DNA from: an uncultured archaeon
GTDB taxonomy: Archaea > Asgardarchaeota > Thorarchaeia > Thorarchaeales > Thorarchaeaceae
Reading direction: 5' to 3'
DNA length: 19,088 bases
Assembly: GCA_964631415.1 (NCBI GenBank)
Contig: CAZVZC010000039.1
Span: 1-19,088 of the forward strand
The notes beneath the pieces are model-generated. The model was not told the origin of the DNA and ran no database searches. It saw only the letters and a list, made by a program, of their open reading frames with translations. The translations under genes and the position numbers were made by a program. Shown one piece after another: positions 6,515 to 16,199 of the stretch. Position 1 is the stretch's first letter. The number at the start of each line of letters is the position of its first letter.

Positions 6515-8920
6515 TCACGCCTTCGAAGCCCGCCCAAAATGCTCGTAATCCGGTTTCGACACTCTGACGAGGACCGAATTGAAGCCAGGTGTGTGCCCGA
6601 ATGCTGTGTGCCTGTCATCGGTCAGTAGGTTGATGTTGCCATCCCTGTCCCACCAGCCATCTGAAACCCACACCACCCTAGGGTCTATGTCCTCACTGAT
6701 TTCGAGTTTCACAGGGTCGATGGACCCTCGAACGGACTCGACACGGACTAGGTCGCCTCCCGTAAGTCCGAGCCTTTCAGCGGTGTTTGGGTTCATCCTG
6801 AGGAACGTCCTGTGTGTCTCGGCTTCACTCATCGACGACATTCTGATTGGCTCAGTGACAACGTCGAATGGACAGATGTCTAGATTGCATTCTCTGCAGC
6901 CAATGCACTTCTCAGAGTTCCACCTTGGTATGAGCAGGCCTGTGACGCTGCTCGGAACAGCTATGACCCCCCCCGAAGGTTTCACTGCAAGTCCTCTGAC
7001 GAGCTCACTGAGCTCATTCCTCATTCTAGCATGAACCGCCGAATCCTTGCTCGTCGCTCCCTCCAACGCTTCAAGACTTGGTGGCTGCAGCGAAATCGCT
7101 TCATCCTCGCATTCCTTGACACACTTCTGACAGGTCGTACACGCAGAGTAGCTCTTGGCCTCGGCACCGACTTCCACAGTAGTGTATTGGGAGTGAAGTC
7201 GGGTCCGCAACCTACCGGAGATCATGATCAATGGGTAGTCCTTGAACACCTCAGGAGTGGACACTGGACTCTCAGCGGGCTCCTCGTGGAACGGCAGAGG
7301 GTCAAAGCCCATGTCCTGGAGCGTCTTGGAGTACAGCTCAACCCTGCCCGAAGGTGTAAGAAAGTGGTGATTGGCAAAAGGAATCGCGGAACTCTCTGTC
7401 CTGATCCCGCCCGGATTCTCTCTCAGTTTCTCAAGTGTGATCCCCTCGCAGTCATGACTCCTTAATGCCAGCCTGATGGCATTGAGCTCTGTCAGCCGGA
7501 AGTATTGGCCCAAACCGAGTTTCTTCGCAATGCCCGTCCATATCTCCAGTTCGTGTTTCGCCTCTCCTCGCGGTCTTACGATTTTCGGGGCATACTGGAC
7601 AATCCTGTGAAGCTCACTGTGAACGAGGTTATGATGTTCGAACAGAGTAGTCGCAGGCAGAACAACATCACACATGCGAGCTGTGTCTGTCATCTCTATG
7701 TCAATGCAGACCTTGAAGGGGATGTGTTTGAACGCTGCTCGAGTCTTACTTGTGTTGGGCCACTGAGTCAAGGGATTTGCTGCTTGGATTATCAAGACCC
7801 TGAGAGGTGACTCCTCATGGCTCAGCACATACTCCGGGATGAGGGTCCCCGATGGCACGACTGGCACGACCGATTCCGGCAGCATATCGGCAAGAGTTAT
7901 GGCAGAAGCATTGAAGGGGCCGCAGTCCGATGAGAGATACTGGAACCCGCCACCTGAAACGCCCAGATACCCGCAGATTGCGAGAAGGCTATGGACCGCT
8001 CTGGCCGCCCATGTTCCGTTGGTGTAGTGATTCATCCCGGCAGGGGCTGTCATTATGAGAGCAGGTCTGTGCGTGGCGAAGGTCAGGGCAATCGCTTCGA
8101 TTGTGTTTGGGTCTATCCAGGTTATCTGGCTGACAGTCTTCTTGTCATACTGTGCGACTCTCTGCTTGTACTCCTTGAATCCAACTACGCAACTCTCGAC
8201 GAACTCATGGTCGTACAGATCTCTCTTGATTATCTCATTCGCAATCCCAAGCGCAAGTGCTGCATCAGTCCCAGGTCTAATCGTCGTATAGATGTCGGCC
8301 ATCTTGGCATGCGGAGTCTTACGGGGGTCTATTACTATCAGCTTTGCACCCCTTTCGATCGCCTCTCGGATGATCCTCTTGGAGTGAAGGCTCGACTCGA
8401 ACTTATTCGTCCCCCAGATCACTATACACTTCGAGTTGACCCAGTCACTCATCTCATGTGGTGGGAATGGTCCCACATTGAATCTAGCGCCCTCATATGC
8501 TCCCTCGAAACAAATCTCGGCGATACCCGGGATCATCCTGCACCCAATGACGTTGCTGAACCGAGCCGCGTACTTCGGAGCAAGCCCATCGTTGCCAGAC
8601 CCGGAGTAGACAGCTACGGACTGAGGACCGAATCTGCTGCGAGCCTCGGCGATGTGAGCAGCTATCTCGTCCAGTGCGTCATCCCATGTCATTCTCTTGA
8701 AAGTGCCGTCCGCCTTCCTTCGCTGTGGGTGGAGCAGCCTGTCTTCTGAGTATGTCCTCAACACGTGGGCATAGCCCTTGGGACAGCATCTGCCCAGAGT
8801 GTAGGGATGACTCTTGTCACCCTCAAGTCTGACAATGCGACCGTGCTCTACGTGGACCACGAATGCACACATGTCGGGGCAATTAAGCGAACAGGCGCTA
8901 TAGTGCTTCTTGACAGGCAT
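6515..8920 (-). CDS. Molybdopterin (bis-MGD, DMSO reductase superfamily; MopB_3/YoaE-like) oxidoreductase with inserted 2x[4Fe-4S] ferredoxin
   Basis: N-terminal CSLNCPDMC...CPKG Fe-S motif. Also WDDALDEIA, IVIWGTN, IVIDPRKT, IRPGTDAALALG, TDTARMCDVVLPA, TPSGRVELYS, SGRLRTRLHSQ and MNPNTAERLGL. Probable Cys metal ligand in AEICFEGA. CxxCxxCxxxC and CxxCxxCxxxxCP occur in the insert. Confidence 0.93.
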   Translation of the reverse strand: MPVKKHYSACSLNCPDMCAFVVHVEHGRIVRLEGDKSHPYTLGRCCPKGYAHVLRTYSEDRLLHPQRRKADGTFKRMTWDDALDEIAAHIAEARSRFGPQSVAVYSGSGNDGLAPKYAARFSNVIGCRMIPGIAEICFEGAYEGARFNVGPFPPHEMSDWVNSKCIVIWGTNKFESSLHSKRIIREAIERGAKLIVIDPRKTPHAKMADIYTTIRPGTDAALALGIANEIIKRDLYDHEFVESCVVGFKEYKQRVAQYDKKTVSQITWIDPNTIEAIALTFATHRPALIMTAPAGMNHYTNGTWAARAVHSLLAICGYLGVSGGGFQYLSSDCGPFNASAITLADMLPESVVPVVPSGTLIPEYVLSHEESPLRVLIIQAANPLTQWPNTSKTRAAFKHIPFKVCIDIEMTDTARMCDVVLPATTLFEHHNLVHSELHRIVQYAPKIVRPRGEAKHELEIWTGIAKKLGLGQYFRLTELNAIRLALRSHDCEGITLEKLRENPGGIRTESSAIPFANHHFLTPSGRVELYSKTLQDMGFDPLPFHEEPAESPVSTPEVFKDYPLIMISGRLRTRLHSQYTTVEVGAEAKSYSACTTCQKCVKECEDEAISLQPPSLEALEGATSKDSAVHARMRNELSELVRGLAVKPSGGVIAVPSSVTGLLIPRWNSEKCIGCRECNLDICPFDVVTEPIRMSSMSEAETHRTFLRMNPNTAERLGLTGGDLVRVESVRGSIDPVKLEISEDIDPRVVWVSDGWWDRDGNINLLTDDRHTAFGHTPGFNSVLVRVSKPDYEHFGRASKA

Positions 8921-8983
8921 CTCTCGCTAGAGTGCCGTCTTTGAAGTCAATAACTGTTGCTGTTGGTTTCCTTCGGCACAGAC

Positions 8984-9634
8984 TTATGCTATTTGAGAGA
9001 GAAACCCCGATTCCGAATCATTCTGACGAGGAGCATCATTGCGCTTTTCATATCTCTCGAAAGCCTTTCTTATGGTGGCGCCTTTGGTATCGCAGACCGA
9101 CTCCATGCCCTTTAGGTCGCTGATTGTCTGCTTCATCCCGACGTTCGCTTGATCAGCATAGGCTCCTGCAATCAATCCATCTAGAAACTTGTCTGGATCA
9201 TCTGAACTGAAGATCTCATCCCTAAGCCCATCCTTTCGTTCGCGCTCCTCCACTTCCCCGGTGCATGAGGCTGCGAGAAGCCCTCCTACAAAGGCCCATC
9301 CGACAGACGCACCTACGCCTGCATATGACAAAACAGTCAGAAGATCGACGCCTAGCAGCAGGGGCGATAACAGTGTGAACGACACAAGGAAGAAGGGATC
9401 CCAGAACTCGCTCACCCCTGGCATAGGGCCGAATACGTAGCTCTCAATGAATAAGAGGTACGAGAAAAAGACGAGTGGCGCATAGATGAGCGCATGAACA
9501 GCATATCGCCCGAACACGGCCCGGAGGGCTCGAATGACTATCCTTGGACCCACGTCAGCAACATACAGAAAATCGAGAAACAGCACGAGAGCCCACAGCG
9601 GAACCAAGACCCAAGGAAACTCCAACCAGTTCAT
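8984..9634 (-). CDS. Hypothetical membrane protein (about 4 TM segments, charged C-terminal cytoplasmic tail)
   Basis: Long ORF filling the gap between the kinase and the oxidoreductase. Hydrophobic N-terminal half, charged C-terminal half. ATG 9634 preferred; the track starts at 9709. Confidence 0.65.
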   Translation of the reverse strand: MNWLEFPWVLVPLWALVLFLDFLYVADVGPRIVIRALRAVFGRYAVHALIYAPLVFFSYLLFIESYVFGPMPGVSEFWDPFFLVSFTLLSPLLLGVDLLTVLSYAGVGASVGWAFVGGLLAASCTGEVEERERKDGLRDEIFSSDDPDKFLDGLIAGAYADQANVGMKQTISDLKGMESVCDTKGATIRKAFERYEKRNDAPRQNDSESGFLSQIA

Positions 9635-9736
9635 GAGTGTGCCTCCGATTCCATTCCACTCTTCGAGCAGACTGAGAAAAGGATATTGCCCACAAAGCAG
9701 GGATGTCAACTGACCCTTTCCAGGTTGAAGCAGATG

Positions 9737-12730
9737 TCACAGACCAGTCATTGACTCAATGGACGCATAGACCTCCGGCCCTACCAAGTCCGCGACTGCC
9801 GCCGCCACTCGCGTCAGTATTACGCCCATCTCACCCTGACTCAGTTTACCAGTAGGAAGGACTCTGTCGCCCACAACGGTCAACTGTTTGTCGCAGCCTG
9901 CTAGCACTGATGGTGGACATACCAGCCCAGCCTCTCTCAGAAAGCGACCGAAACCCGACCTGCCCTGAAGAACGTCTAGAGCCACCTCTCGTGACTCAGG
10001 GCTCAGCTGAGTCTTCCACACTGCCAACTCGCTCGACCGAGCTGGCTCTTCCTCTGATAAGATGCGGGCCAGCTCATCCGCATTGTCAAGGACATGACCA
10101 ACCTGCTCAAGTACCACTTTCTTCAAGTCGGTCGCTGGCAGAGAACTAGTTCGCTCAAGGAAATCCATGCAGGACCTGCAGGAAGTTCCCCCGGTCACAC
10201 TCCGGCTTGTGAAGTCCACAACGACGTAGCGCGAGGACAGACTCCTTGATGTTTCTCCGGGCATCCCTCCAATGTCACATGTTCCTACGGGGCATTCCAA
10301 GCTGGTGACGTCGTAGCACACTCTCAGATCTGTTCTGTGAGCCGCATAGACTCCAAGCATGTCAACAGTGAATCGGACTTCTGCCTGGTTGCCTATGACC
10401 ACTATCGGATAGAGACCTGTCAGCGCAGCGTGAATCGCTCTCTCCAATCCTCCCTTCAACCTGCTCTTCAGGAACCTTGCTGCGACGGATACCGGGAGTC
10501 GCACAACGAACACAGTACCCCTTGTGAAGTCACCAATGACCCTGTCTTCGACTGAAATCTGGCCACCAAACGCGTCTGTCAATGTGCGAACAAGAGAAAG
10601 GCCAAGTCCTGTTCCCCGGGCACCCTCCATGAATCTGCTGAAGAGCTTCTTCCTCTGTTCAGGCGGAATCCCCGCTCCATAATCTGCTACGCGAACCTCC
10701 CAATGGCTTCTCCCACGAAAGACAGCGGATGATATCTCGACATCGATTCGCTTCTCACCCGGGGAATACTGAATGGCATTATGGAACAGATTGAGGAACA
10801 GATCAATCAAGAGGCTATTCGCATCTACGTAGTAGGGTTCCTCGCTTTCAAAGCGAAGATGTGCATCAATCTCGGGCGTGCTCATCGCCACTTGCTTGAT
10901 CGCATCTGTGATGCATGCAGCTAGGTCGACCGGCACCAACTGTTCGCTCCTCGCTGCGTCAGCCCTGGCGAGCTGTCTAACACTCCTGGTCAGCTCCCCA
11001 GCACGGGCAAGCGCAGCCAGTGCTCCTGCCTTTGCGTTCTCCTCGACGTCCGGTGGGAGACCTTTCATGTCGAGGAGCTCTAGAGCGCTCAGAATGGCCT
11101 GATGATAGTTGCCTATGTCATGCACCAAGATGTCGGCGTATAGAGTCGCTCTCTTTTGAGACGTTTCGGCCCGGAGATATGACCCCATATACAAAGACCC
11201 GAGGAAGGCTGGACCTCCTAGCAGGCCAAGGAGAAGGATCACTTCGGCAGACCACCAACCAGCTGACCATTCATTGAAGACAGACCTGAGAATGTTTGGA
11301 ATAATCCATAAAGCGAGAAACGTGACAGCGGTCAGTTCGACTGTGAATGTGCCTTGTGAGGACCTGAGAAGCAGAAAACATAGATACGTGTACCCGAAGA
11401 CATTGACGAGATTCACTGATAGCAGGATTACTTGACCCAAAGGACTGAATGCAGTATCCGGCGCAGATGTGACTAACCTGAATCCTATTGCCTGGCCAAT
11501 CAAGCTCAGCACGAACACCAGACCGAGACCCTTTACAAGCCAAACCCCTAGTCGACTCTCATCGTCCTGTGTTTCACCAGTCCATCTTATCACCAGTATC
11601 AGGCCGACTGAAACGACAAGACTCCCCACTATGTATGCTACGAATGACGCGGTTTCTCCGACACCGGAAAGCTGGCCAATCCCTATCTGGCCCATTTCGA
11701 CAAGGGCTTGTATCACGAACATCAGAATCAGAGGAAAGTATCTTTTAGCTGGTTTTTGCCTCGAATACGAGAAGACGAGAAATGCCATCACAGTAGATAG
11801 CGCAGATATTCCAATGTGTGATAACGTGTAGGCTCCAAAGTCTACCAAGTGGAAAGTAGGCATGATCACTTTCGCGGCTACAGTGACCAGAAGCGGGGCA
11901 ACGACCAGCATCGACACTGAAAACGCCACAGCATATGACTTCCCTCGACCCAAGGCTGTGCTTCTCAGTATTGGCATGGCCAGAGCCAAGTAAAGGAGAA
12001 AGAATCCCGCCAGCTGCAGCGTCATGGACATAGTCCAGACTGCGCTTGGCCACATCAAGGAGAAGAGCAAAGGCACTGCCGACAGACCCAACACAACTGG
12101 CCCGAGGAGAAGCCGAATTCGGTCGGTCTGATGCGGATATCGGACCTCCTTAGTCAACCGCACTCCGGCTGCTGTCAGCGTGGCCAAGGCCAGCAATCCA
12201 AACATGAAGCCGATGACTGTGACTGCCCATGAAAAGCTTAGAATAAGATAGTGAATCACACCATGAGCTGCCAAACACGAAATCAACATCAAAATCATGG
12301 TTCGGTAAAGTGTTATCTTTCCCCTGCCGGCCAGACGACGGCTGAGAAAGGATGTGACAAGAAGCTGGACACCCAATAGACTGAGTACTGCAAGATCAGA
12401 TACTGTCTGGGCCGCAGACTGAAGCGCCAGCGGTGAAGAGGCACTGAACAGCTGCTCCGCGGAGCCGATCATACTTTCTAAAGACGAAAACACGAAGACT
12501 GAAACGATGAGTACCGGGATGGGCGATGAGTCTTCTCGTGACTGGAACAGTGATGCAGATGCACACTCGATTGTCAGGAAAGCCAGCACCGCGCGGTAAC
12601 CCACACTTATCTCATAAGACTCCCAAGCCTGAACGCTAGTCATGTACACTACAAATGAAACCGAAATGACTACAACGAGGTGACGAATGAACCGATTCGC
12701 AGTTGAGGTCCCACTCCACGACTCAGTCAT
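9737..12730 (-). CDS. Polytopic membrane sensor histidine kinase (HisKA + HATPase_c) with C-terminal DENN-like extension
   Basis: ~520 aa of successive TM helices. H-box ADILVHDIGNYHQ (His537, nt 11120-22), N-box LFLNLFHNAIQYS, G1 VADYGAGIP, F-box LFSRF, G2 GTGLGLSLV. These are followed by ~250 further residues. Confidence 0.92.
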   Translation of the reverse strand: MTESWSGTSTANRFIRHLVVVISVSFVVYMTSVQAWESYEISVGYRAVLAFLTIECASASLFQSREDSSPIPVLIVSVFVFSSLESMIGSAEQLFSASSPLALQSAAQTVSDLAVLSLLGVQLLVTSFLSRRLAGRGKITLYRTMILMLISCLAAHGVIHYLILSFSWAVTVIGFMFGLLALATLTAAGVRLTKEVRYPHQTDRIRLLLGPVVLGLSAVPLLFSLMWPSAVWTMSMTLQLAGFFLLYLALAMPILRSTALGRGKSYAVAFSVSMLVVAPLLVTVAAKVIMPTFHLVDFGAYTLSHIGISALSTVMAFLVFSYSRQKPAKRYFPLILMFVIQALVEMGQIGIGQLSGVGETASFVAYIVGSLVVSVGLILVIRWTGETQDDESRLGVWLVKGLGLVFVLSLIGQAIGFRLVTSAPDTAFSPLGQVILLSVNLVNVFGYTYLCFLLLRSSQGTFTVELTAVTFLALWIIPNILRSVFNEWSAGWWSAEVILLLGLLGGPAFLGSLYMGSYLRAETSQKRATLYADILVHDIGNYHQAILSALELLDMKGLPPDVEENAKAGALAALARAGELTRSVRQLARADAARSEQLVPVDLAACITDAIKQVAMSTPEIDAHLRFESEEPYYVDANSLLIDLFLNLFHNAIQYSPGEKRIDVEISSAVFRGRSHWEVRVADYGAGIPPEQRKKLFSRFMEGARGTGLGLSLVRTLTDAFGGQISVEDRVIGDFTRGTVFVVRLPVSVAARFLKSRLKGGLERAIHAALTGLYPIVVIGNQAEVRFTVDMLGVYAAHRTDLRVCYDVTSLECPVGTCDIGGMPGETSRSLSSRYVVVDFTSRSVTGGTSCRSCMDFLERTSSLPATDLKKVVLEQVGHVLDNADELARILSEEEPARSSELAVWKTQLSPESREVALDVLQGRSGFGRFLREAGLVCPPSVLAGCDKQLTVVGDRVLPTGKLSQGEMGVILTRVAAAVADLVGPEVYASIESMTGL

Positions 12731-12878
12731 CGAATCACACTTCTGACGAATCCCGGCCCAAGAAAACTCTTGTTTGGATGTAGTATTCGATGCAACCGCT
12801 TATTGTGCAGGGAATACCCGGACCAATAGGATAATGTGTAAGCAGATGTACGCGGCGAAGTCAGGAGCGGACCATCCT

Positions 12879-15800
12879 ATGACAGACGAACCGACGATTG
12901 AGATTCGCGACTATAATGACGAACTCGCAAAGCCTCTCGCAGAGATGTACAACAGCTGGGACTCGTTGTGGCCGGGTGGATTCACTCAGGGAGTCCCCTT
13001 CACGGCTGACAGGGTAATCAAGCAGTACCAGACCATGCGAGCACTTGCCATATTGATCGCAATGGACAAGCAGAGCGGCAAACCGGTTGGGTCTGTCACT
13101 CTCCTCTCTCACTGGAGAGACCCCGAAGCTGCATACGTAGGAACGCTTGGTGTGAGTCCGGATGCGCTCAACAAGAAGGTCGGAAAGCGCCTTCTGATGA
13201 AGTGCTTCGAGATTGCACTGCGAAAGGGCTACAGTAGAGTCGATCTCGGAACGTGGGCAGGAAACCTCAGAGCAGTCCCACTCTACAAGAAGATGGGACT
13301 CATGTGGGATCCCGAAGGTCAAGGCGTGGAAATGGAGAGCTATGTGCCGGGAATCCTACAGCATCCGCTATGTGCTCCGTTCTTCGCGACCAATCCGGAT
13401 CCAGCTGCATGGTACGCACTGCAGCGCAGAGACCTGGCTCAGGCACCTGACGATAACACGGAGCACGGAATGGCCGTCTATGTCTACAACTTCGAGAGCG
13501 GCAAGAACAGTCTGCATGTTCTGGTTGATCGCCTCGCAAGGTCAATCACAGGAATCGAACGAGTCATGCCTGACGGGCGTCTTGTGGTGAGGGCAAAGGT
13601 GAGCCAGCACTTGACCCTGTGTGGGATCCCCTCCGTCTACGAACTCAGAATCGAGAATGGCACCGGAAGGGACATCGATCTCGCAATTGCCCTTGAGGGC
13701 TTGCCAGGACTACACTTCGACGGCGTGTCTGGAGCGACAACACGCGTCAAGGCCAAGAAGTCATTCACATTGGCAGTCCCCTTCAGCCTTTCACCAGATG
13801 CTCCTCTCTATCGCCGCAACATCAAAACGCCTTCAATCGTGGCAAAACTGCGACTTAATGGACAGGAGTCCATATTGCGAACCGGCCTGAGGATAAAACC
13901 AGTCGTGGAAATCCAGACGAGATGGAAGGAATGCCGTGTCCTGCCGTCGGGGACCGCAACCATTCCCATTACCATGATCAATAGCTCTTCAATGAAGCTG
14001 AAAGGAAAGCTCATGTTCGAGAATGTCGGACAGCACATTACCGTAACCCCCTCGGAGTGCGAGGTCGAGCTTGCTCCAGAGGGTCTCGGAGGTGCTGTCA
14101 TCACTGTCACGACTCAACCGGATCTTCCAGCTGGCACACATGATCTCTGGGCATACATGATTCTTTCTTACCTCGACGAGGCTGGCAAGAAGAGAGAGGT
14201 AAAGACAGGGAGGTCTAGAATACCCCTCTTCTGTCTGCAAGGAGGCCGTGTCACGGCTGGAGAAGACGACCGTACTCGTGAGGTCTTGCTGGTCGCTCCG
14301 CAGTACACTGCACGTATCCTGCGGGAAGGTGCAGTCCTTAGGCTGTCCAGCCTCTACGGTAGCTCGACCAGTCAGATGACCCTCTCAACAGAGATAGGCC
14401 CGCCCTTCGGGTTGAGCCCATTCCGCTTCGCTGAGCGAGATGTCAAGGTCAGGGTGACAGAGTCAGGTGTCGTAGTGTCGGCCACTGCCACACATCCTGA
14501 GAGACCACTTATGATAGAGGATCGTTGGGTCGCTCTCAACTCATCGCCTGTACTCAAGCACGAAGTGTGGGTCACAAACACAAGTCAGGAAAACCACGAG
14601 ATGCAGGTCAGACTCAATGGCAGAGGAGGCGGCATTCCGCTCAGCTTCGATCGTGTTTTTGTCCCTCTCCCATCAGGTGTAGTTGAGGCACCGACGGGCA
14701 ACTTGCTCATGAGTTACCCATCGATTCCAAGTGAGCCCGGTTCTCTCACAGAGGAGTGGGTAGCCACAGGCGGCCCGTCAGGGGTGTCTGGCCAAGTATG
14801 GAAGCCCACCAACCTTGAGTCTGTTTATCTTGCAGCTGGGCAACTGTCACGCATCGTTTCAAAGCCACTCAGGATCGGCGGAAAGGAAACAAAATGCATT
14901 TCGGAAGTATGGAACATCGCTGCCGCTAGCGACTGGCGTGACATTCAAAGAATCTGGAAGGCGAATGTGAGAGGTGAATACGAGAACGTACAGAAGGCAG
15001 GAGTGCGTCAGCCTACACTTCCGATGATTGCTGTCAGCAAGAAGACTGTCATAATACCTCATAGGCAAAGTGCAGAGGCGGAGCTGACAGTCGATAACAC
15101 CGTTAGTGCCCCTGTGATTGGGAATGTGGAGGTTGAAGCGCCAGAGGGGTGGGATGCCGAAATCAGACACTCTGGCGACAGCACACTCACGGTCGAGCAG
15201 GACACTGATGAGTCAAAAGGGACAGTCCTTCAGGGTCGTCAGAAATACACACTGACGTTGAGGCCCACGGGTCTGACGAAGGCTGGATTCTCGATCGAGA
15301 GAGGGCTCGTGAGGGTGCGCGCGCCCATGGAGTTCCGCGAGTATTTCACGTTGCTGCAGCTCGGGTCTGCTGGTTCCACGGTCACAATCACAGAGGCAAT
15401 CGAGCAGGGCCTAAGAGTGTTCCGCGTGAACAATGGGGTCGCTGAGTTCGCTGTTTCTGGAGACTACGGAGGCTGCCTGTTTTCTCTCAAGAACAGTCAC
15501 TCCACAGAGTTGCTCTGTTCTGCATTCCCGAAGCCCGCACCCAAGCTGTTCATCGACAACTACTGCGGAGGAGTCCAGCCGTTCGTGTGGGATGACAGCT
15601 CGGGTGAGGATATCTTCCAAGTTAAGACGAACAAGGAGAAGATGGACGCCAGGCCATGCGAGCATGGTGGGGTCTGGAAGGGGGTGGAGGTGAGCTGGAC
15701 AAGCCAAGTCCAGAAGACATGCCGAGGAGTGCAATTCAAGCTCCAGTACCTCACTGCCCCAGGCAGTCCCATGGTTCTTGTCAACTGGGTCATCAAGAAC

Positions 15801-16199
15801 TCCACTGGAGCGCCGCTCTCGTTCATGCCGTGTCTCTTTGTGGATCCAGGGTTCAACGGCGCGTTTGGAGGCACCATTGTGCATACCCGTTGGGGAGGAA
15901 GTGAGCTGGACATCACAGACCTGCAAGTCCCTGCCTCTGTCACACCCGAAACAAACTCTCTATGGCTCAGAAGAAGCGCGGTTCAGGAGAACAACGAAGG
16001 GCTAGGAATCCTCTGGGCGGGGTCGGATCCCCAATCAGTCGCAATCTGCACCAGCGAGATGGCCATCTGTGGCGGCATGGACTTCAAGTGCTGGTTGATG
16101 CCCGGCGAGGAGAGAGTCGTCAGGGCATGCCTGTTCGTGGATCCGCCTAACTTCGAGGACCTGGAGAAAGTGCAAGACTCCCTCACAGAGTTGTTCTAG
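12879..16199 (+). CDS. Giant GNAT-family acetyltransferase with multiple beta-rich C-terminal domains
   Basis: GNAT motif A LGVSPDALNKKVGKRLL and motif B TWAGNLRAVPLYKKMG lie in the first ~150 aa. The remainder is beta-strand-rich (Ig-like/supersandwich-like). ATG 12879 has GGAG at 12864-67. Confidence 0.85.
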   Translation: MTDEPTIEIRDYNDELAKPLAEMYNSWDSLWPGGFTQGVPFTADRVIKQYQTMRALAILIAMDKQSGKPVGSVTLLSHWRDPEAAYVGTLGVSPDALNKKVGKRLLMKCFEIALRKGYSRVDLGTWAGNLRAVPLYKKMGLMWDPEGQGVEMESYVPGILQHPLCAPFFATNPDPAAWYALQRRDLAQAPDDNTEHGMAVYVYNFESGKNSLHVLVDRLARSITGIERVMPDGRLVVRAKVSQHLTLCGIPSVYELRIENGTGRDIDLAIALEGLPGLHFDGVSGATTRVKAKKSFTLAVPFSLSPDAPLYRRNIKTPSIVAKLRLNGQESILRTGLRIKPVVEIQTRWKECRVLPSGTATIPITMINSSSMKLKGKLMFENVGQHITVTPSECEVELAPEGLGGAVITVTTQPDLPAGTHDLWAYMILSYLDEAGKKREVKTGRSRIPLFCLQGGRVTAGEDDRTREVLLVAPQYTARILREGAVLRLSSLYGSSTSQMTLSTEIGPPFGLSPFRFAERDVKVRVTESGVVVSATATHPERPLMIEDRWVALNSSPVLKHEVWVTNTSQENHEMQVRLNGRGGGIPLSFDRVFVPLPSGVVEAPTGNLLMSYPSIPSEPGSLTEEWVATGGPSGVSGQVWKPTNLESVYLAAGQLSRIVSKPLRIGGKETKCISEVWNIAAASDWRDIQRIWKANVRGEYENVQKAGVRQPTLPMIAVSKKTVIIPHRQSAEAELTVDNTVSAPVIGNVEVEAPEGWDAEIRHSGDSTLTVEQDTDESKGTVLQGRQKYTLTLRPTGLTKAGFSIERGLVRVRAPMEFREYFTLLQLGSAGSTVTITEAIEQGLRVFRVNNGVAEFAVSGDYGGCLFSLKNSHSTELLCSAFPKPAPKLFIDNYCGGVQPFVWDDSSGEDIFQVKTNKEKMDARPCEHGGVWKGVEVSWTSQVQKTCRGVQFKLQYLTAPGSPMVLVNWVIKNSTGAPLSFMPCLFVDPGFNGAFGGTIVHTRWGGSELDITDLQVPASVTPETNSLWLRRSAVQENNEGLGILWAGSDPQSVAICTSEMAICGGMDFKCWLMPGEERVVRACLFVDPPNFEDLEKVQDSLTELF

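Noticed and set aside
7991-8749. 252-aa + strand ORF
   Set aside because: Antisense shadow of the molybdopterin oxidoreductase with no recognisable motifs.
6515-8920. Selenocysteine-containing formate dehydrogenase
   Set aside because: No in-frame TGA. The putative ligand is Cys without the FDH C/U-H pair. No convincing SECIS was seen.
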